DNA of 61,800 nt, the filler included. It is 5 parts of 5 records of this genome, joined end to end, with 100 filler letters (N's around TTAATTAATTAA, not from the genome) between each part and the next. Parts side by side here need not be neighbours in the genome. Positions count along the whole stretch, not along the records: positions 39,609 to 61,800 come from SRR2962707_614; 4 more parts are not named here. The stretch is one strand, 5' to 3'. Below the pieces are notes generated by a model. It searched no databases. It was not told the DNA's origin and saw only the letters and a program-made list of their open reading frames with translations. Positions 58,755 to 61,800 of the stretch are shown piece by piece. The position numbers were made by a program, and so were the translations under genes. Positions within the stretch are counted from its first letter, which is position 1, and each line of letters opens with the position of its first letter.

Positions 58755-59968
58755 AATGGAGATACTTACTATTATCATCACTACTAACATTTTGCGCATC
58801 ACCTGAACCAGAAGATACTGAGTCAAAACATCTGCTAGAGCCAATAACTATTCCGGTATCTGAAAACTCAAGCCTCCCTCATTTGATTAAAGGAGCAGAC
58901 AACAGGCTTTATATAAGTTGGGTAGAAAAAGGAGACTCTAATTGGGTAGACCTGAAATTCTCCGCATTAATCGATGATCAATGGAACACCCCAGAACTCA
59001 TTGCATCAGGTAACGATTGGTTTGTTAACTGGGCCGACTACCCAATGATAGCAGTCGACTCACTTGGAAACAAGGTAGCCCACTACCTTGCAAAAAGTGC
59101 GGCAGGTACATATTCTTACGATGTGAATTTGACTTTGAAACCTAAGGATTCGACCAAATGGTCTTCGCCTGTCATCCCTCACAAGGACAGCACCCCAACA
59201 GAACACGGATTTGTAACCATGCTTCCAAATAATGATGGTTCCTTCCTCCTCTCATGGTTGGACGGAAGAAATACCGGAGGCGGAGGTCATGGAGATCACG
59301 GAAGTGGTGGAGCCATGACCATTCGGTCTGCTGTAATAGACTTGCAAGGAAACCTATCAGAAGAGACTGAACTGGACGGAAGAGTATGTGACTGCTGCCA
59401 AACCGGAGGGGTTATGACACCTGAGGGCGCTATGATTGTTTATCGAGACCGATCCGTCGATGAGGTGAGGGATATGGCATTCGTAACTAAAACTGATTCC
59501 GGATGGAGTCAACCTAAACTCGTTGCACAAGACAACTGGAACATTGCCGGGTGCCCGGTGAATGGCCCACGAATCGCAGGTTATGGAAGCACAGTCGCTA
59601 CCGCTTGGTATACATCTGCGTTGAGTAGACCGAAAGTGAAAGTAGCATTTAAGGAAGGTGAGGATTTCAGTGAGCCAATCACCGTAGATAGTTCCTCTCC
59701 TGTTGGTCGGGTAGATATAGCCATGCTGAATGATCAAACAGCTATTGTTAGCTGGGTGGATGGTGGAGAAACTCCTGCCATAAAGTATCGAATCGTTAAT
59801 CAAAATGGCTCCATGTCGTCCGTAAAAACCGTGGCGAAAATATCTGAAAGCCGGGGCAGTGGCTTTCCACAGATGGAAATATTTGAAGGATACGTATATT
59901 TTTCATGGACTCAACTCAATGAAAAAAATACAACTGTAAAAATGGCGAAAATCGGACTTTCCATTTAA
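58751..59968 (+). CDS. Sialidase-like/BNR beta-propeller lipoprotein
   Basis: LTFC lipobox-like sequence; WFVNWADYP, EHGFV, WLDGR, VCDCCQT, GCPVNGP; start overlaps the upstream stop (ATGA). Confidence 0.75.
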   Translation: MKWRYLLLSSLLTFCASPEPEDTESKHLLEPITIPVSENSSLPHLIKGADNRLYISWVEKGDSNWVDLKFSALIDDQWNTPELIASGNDWFVNWADYPMIAVDSLGNKVAHYLAKSAAGTYSYDVNLTLKPKDSTKWSSPVIPHKDSTPTEHGFVTMLPNNDGSFLLSWLDGRNTGGGGHGDHGSGGAMTIRSAVIDLQGNLSEETELDGRVCDCCQTGGVMTPEGAMIVYRDRSVDEVRDMAFVTKTDSGWSQPKLVAQDNWNIAGCPVNGPRIAGYGSTVATAWYTSALSRPKVKVAFKEGEDFSEPITVDSSSPVGRVDIAMLNDQTAIVSWVDGGETPAIKYRIVNQNGSMSSVKTVAKISESRGSGFPQMEIFEGYVYFSWTQLNEKNTTVKMAKIGLSI

Positions 59969-59970
59969 AA

Positions 59971-60007
59971 GAGTGTCTCAAAAGTGAGATGTTCTTTTGA
60001 GACACTC
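59971..60007. terminator. Perfect 14-bp inverted repeat between convergent genes
   Basis: GAGTGTCTCAAAAG-N9-CTTTTGAGACACTC. Confidence 0.65.
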
Positions 60008-60015
60008 ACTATCAT

Positions 60016-61800
60016 CTATTCATACCTCAACGCTTCCACCGGATTCGAATAGGTAATCTTGGTCACCGCGGAAATCACACTAATGACTGCCACCAATAAA
60101 AGGATCAATATTGCACCAATGAAAGGCATAACCCCAACGGGAGCCCGGTAGGAGAATTCAGTAATCCACCCCTCCATGAGTAAATAAGAAAGCGGAAGAC
60201 CTATAACAATTGCTACAATCACCAATCGTACAAACTGGCCCAAAATCATGCGCATAATTTGTCCGGAAGTTGCTCCTAATATTTTCCGCATCCCTACTTC
60301 CTTAATACGTTGATTCAGAATGGCGATCGCCATGCCTAGCAGTCCCAAACTAGCCAGAATCAAAGCCACCATCGAGAAGATCGAGAATATGGAGAGTGTC
60401 CGTTCCTCCTGCTCATAAAGAGATGCCAGTTCTTGATCCAGAAAGTGATACTCGAATGGAAGCTCGCTCTCTATGTTCGCATTATATACTTCCTCAATTT
60501 TCGCAATAGTCTCACCAAACTGCTGACCACTCAGCTTTACCAGTAAATGTCCTGCACCCAAGGGCTGTACGGCCATCATCAAAGGTTGTATTTCCTGATG
60601 AAGCGATTGAAAATGGAAATCCTTAATTACTCCGATGATTCGCATCTCGTATTCACGCCCACTTGCATCCTGTACCAGCGTCTTCCCAACCGGATTTTCT
60701 ACATTCAATTGTCTTGCAAACGTTTCATTGATAATGACCCCTCCTACTGAATCTGTTGCAAAGGATCGATCAAAGATTCGCCCTTGCACTACTTCAAGAC
60801 CCAACACTTTTTCGATACCATAGTCCACCATCAGTTCTGATGCATCAACACGCTGTTCGGGATTATCGCGCAAAAAGTATGGATGTTGATTAAACTGTCC
60901 TCCGGGGATACTGGAACTTAGTGCGGTTGTACGAACCCCATTAATGGCTTCTAATTGATTTTGGGTGGTTCTCAAAGCTTCAAGATCAACATTCCCTTTT
61001 GCCACACTGATAGGTACATTCAATGATATAATCGCATCCTGATCAAACCCCAGATCCTTATCTTTCATGTATTGTAGCTGGTTGAAAATGATCAGGCTAC
61101 CACTAATCAATATCGCGGAAATAGTGAATTGCAGGATAACCAATGCACTTCGCAAGCGAACGCCTTTGACGCTGGTTGTGAGTTTCCCTTTCAGCACTTC
61201 GGTTGGTTTAAAGGAAGACAATGCGATCGCCGGATAAAACCCTGCTAACACTCCTACTCCAACTCCCAGGATCAATGATTTAATAAGGAAAGAAGCATTC
61301 AATAAATCAGCGAATTGAAATTGCTTTCCACTGATAAAATTAAATCCATCAAGCAGTAGAAAAACAATAAAAACCGATAGACAAAGTGCAAATACCGAAA
61401 ACAGGATTGATTCCAGGTAAAACTGGCCGGATAGATTTTTCGAGATCGCTCCAAGTGTCTTTCGCACACCTATTTCCTTAGCTCGCTCAATGGACTTGGC
61501 TGTGGTCAGATTGGTATAATTGATCGCAGCAATCAGAATAAGAAAGCCAAGAACCACCAACAGAATATAGACATAAAGGATATTACCATTATTTTCCAGT
61601 TCCCACCTAAGGTGAGAATTCAAATGAATGGATGTGATCGGCTGAAGTTCGAATCGCTCCTCTCTGGCAAGAATGATTTCTTTTCTAGCTTCATCCACAT
61701 CGATATATCCCAGCGCCCATTCAGGAATTTTAGATTCCAATGCTTCATGCGAGGCACCTTCTTTTAATCTGATGTAATTGAAGTGACCAAAATCCGCCCA
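60016..61800 (-). CDS. ABC transporter permease (MacB/FtsX type), N-terminus beyond the window
   Basis: LQPITSIHL, INYTNLTTAKS.ERAKEIGVRK, RIKEVGMRK, NPVEALRYE; the frame is open to 61800. Confidence 0.92.
   Translation of the reverse strand, partial: WADFGHFNYIRLKEGASHEALESKIPEWALGYIDVDEARKEIILAREERFELQPITSIHLNSHLRWELENNGNILYVYILLVVLGFLILIAAINYTNLTTAKSIERAKEIGVRKTLGAISKNLSGQFYLESILFSVFALCLSVFIVFLLLDGFNFISGKQFQFADLLNASFLIKSLILGVGVGVLAGFYPAIALSSFKPTEVLKGKLTTSVKGVRLRSALVILQFTISAILISGSLIIFNQLQYMKDKDLGFDQDAIISLNVPISVAKGNVDLEALRTTQNQLEAINGVRTTALSSSIPGGQFNQHPYFLRDNPEQRVDASELMVDYGIEKVLGLEVVQGRIFDRSFATDSVGGVIINETFARQLNVENPVGKTLVQDASGREYEMRIIGVIKDFHFQSLHQEIQPLMMAVQPLGAGHLLVKLSGQQFGETIAKIEEVYNANIESELPFEYHFLDQELASLYEQEERTLSIFSIFSMVALILASLGLLGMAIAILNQRIKEVGMRKILGATSGQIMRMILGQFVRLVIVAIVIGLPLSYLLMEGWITEFSYRAPVGVMPFIGAILILLLVAVISVISAVTKITYSNPVEALRYE

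Noticed and set aside
1-61800. rRNA or tRNA genes
   Set aside because: None were recognised by eye; a tRNAscan-SE or Infernal run would be needed to exclude them.

Overview
This window is not one locus. It is five unrelated contigs joined by artificial 100-nt spacers (N-run + TTAATTAATTAA + N-run) at 11190-11289, 18557-18656, 27032-27131 and 39509-39608. Contigs 1-4 (1-39508) are GC-rich and eukaryotic, with short GT-AG introns; the lineage is probably a protist but cannot be determined by eye. They encode a ~3,380-aa USP9/24/34-like deubiquitinase, a coiled-coil FYVE protein, a multi-PH/C2/TM/LEA2-like protein, a SET1-like methyltransferase with many chromatin-reader domains, an RMC1/Mic1 homolog with an inserted PDZ domain, and a RhoGEF(DH)-PDZ-WWE gene that appears to run into a macrodomain-like module. 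Contig 5 (39609-61800) is AT-rich Bacteroidota DNA (TAnnTTTG promoters, T9SS cargo). It carries PadR plus an ABC permease; a copper cluster (copA, HYC_CC_PP protein, frameshifted TonB-dependent receptor, exported HMA protein) interrupted by a REP-associated tyrosine transposase with palindromes on both sides and one inside its own ORF; a membrane MutS-like ATPase; a LuxR/T9SS-adhesin divergon; an exported WD40 protein; a 22-residue-repeat helical protein; two lipoproteins; and a truncated permease. All family assignments come from motif recognition by eye, not from database searches.
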